A model generated the notes under the pieces. It was not told the DNA's origin. It was given only the letters and a program-made list of their open reading frames with translations, and made no database searches. Of a DNA stretch of 64,000 nt, positions 63,368 to 64,000 are shown piece by piece (position 1 is the first letter of the stretch; every line of letters begins with the position of its first letter). Source of the stretch: Gemmatimonadales bacterium (GTDB taxonomy: Bacteria > Gemmatimonadota > Gemmatimonadetes > Gemmatimonadales > GWC2-71-9). A program made the position numbers and the translations under genes. The stretch lies in contig JBGSKF010000151.1 of the NCBI GenBank assembly GCA_041741375.1, positions 696 through 64,695 of the forward strand. Direction: 5' to 3'.

Positions 63368-64000
63368 CTAATTTTTGAACTGGACCAACAAGTCAGAAGG
63401 TGCGTGTGCACACGTCGTGATGAAGTCTTCGCACAGCGGAAACAGGACCGTCGTCCACCCAAACGGAACAGGCCCGATTCTGGGATCGCCGTTCGGGGAG
63501 CACAGGGGCGCACCCCCGTTCAGGCAGAAGAAGTTGTCGTCAGGGTTCGGGAACCCGTCGGTTTCGAAGGTGTGGACATCGATCCATTGGGTTGTCGCGA
63601 ACTGTGTCGAGACCAGCATGCTCCCCTGCCAGTCGTCGAAGGGGCTGATTCCCGTCAACCGAAGAATTGTCTCCGATCCCCCTGACTGTGGCATCGCCCT
63701 CATTTCGAACTCGAGGCTCTCGAACGGCGTCCCATCCTCCACTCCATTGTTTACTAGGCGGACGAGCTTCAGCCCGCCGCCGCCGCCACCCCCCGGGTCG
63801 GTATTGCAGAACTCGAGCGCAACCTCCGGGTCACACTCCCCTTCGGACAATGTTCCCACAGTGCCATCTATGAAGACGGAGTCCGCGAAGGGATCTCGCG
63901 TGCCGCGTCGGAGCAGCACCGCGCCCATATCCCGTTCTCCGGGCTCTTGGATGGTGGAGCCCGATCCGCGCTGGACGGACAGGCGCCGAGCCATCGGCTC
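63368..64000 (-). CDS. hypothetical protein, probably 5'-truncated by the window edge
   Basis: Frame stays open to the edge; Cys pairs and a poly-Gly linker (CNTDPGGGGGGG) followed by a beta-rich domain. Confidence 0.6.
   Translation of the reverse strand, partial: EPMARRLSVQRGSGSTIQEPGERDMGAVLLRRGTRDPFADSVFIDGTVGTLSEGECDPEVALEFCNTDPGGGGGGGLKLVRLVNNGVEDGTPFESLEFEMRAMPQSGGSETILRLTGISPFDDWQGSMLVSTQFATTQWIDVHTFETDGFPNPDDNFFCLNGGAPLCSPNGDPRIGPVPFGWTTVLFPLCEDFITTCAHAPSDLLVQFKN

Overview
High-GC bacterial window; gene content (ADOP-type permease, plug-only TonB proteins, many S9/M28 peptidases) suggests Gemmatimonadota, which is inference. About 46 real CDS and one tRNA-Cys; most other ORF-track entries are GC-rich shadow frames. 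The centre (7.7-26.7 kb) is a divergent lipid supercluster. The left arm is ispH plus a complete aminoethylphosphonate (AEP) lipid pathway: CDP-alcohol transferase, 2OG-Fe oxygenase, HpnL-like protein, cytidylyltransferase, PepM fusion, Ppd and AEP transaminase. The right arm is an MMPL/HpnN transporter, a PhnD-like binding protein, a TatT-like TPR lipoprotein (together BstABC-like), shc, hpnH, hpnA, hpnG and a squalene synthase. This is a candidate phosphono-hopanoid system. A second, window-wide signal is about 14 intergenic heptamer arrays with a polarity rule: the purine-rich, stop-codon-bearing strand follows gene ends and the pyrimidine-rich strand precedes starts. One complementary pair brackets a four-helix-bundle (IVS/Avd-like) gene inside an operon. 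Also present: tRNA-linked 120-bp tandem repeats, an atypical Rho with a degenerate RNA-binding site and RGG-like insert, a TonB receptor split by an in-frame TGA, and REP-like palindromes. No CRISPR, integrase, transposase or reverse transcriptase was recognised.
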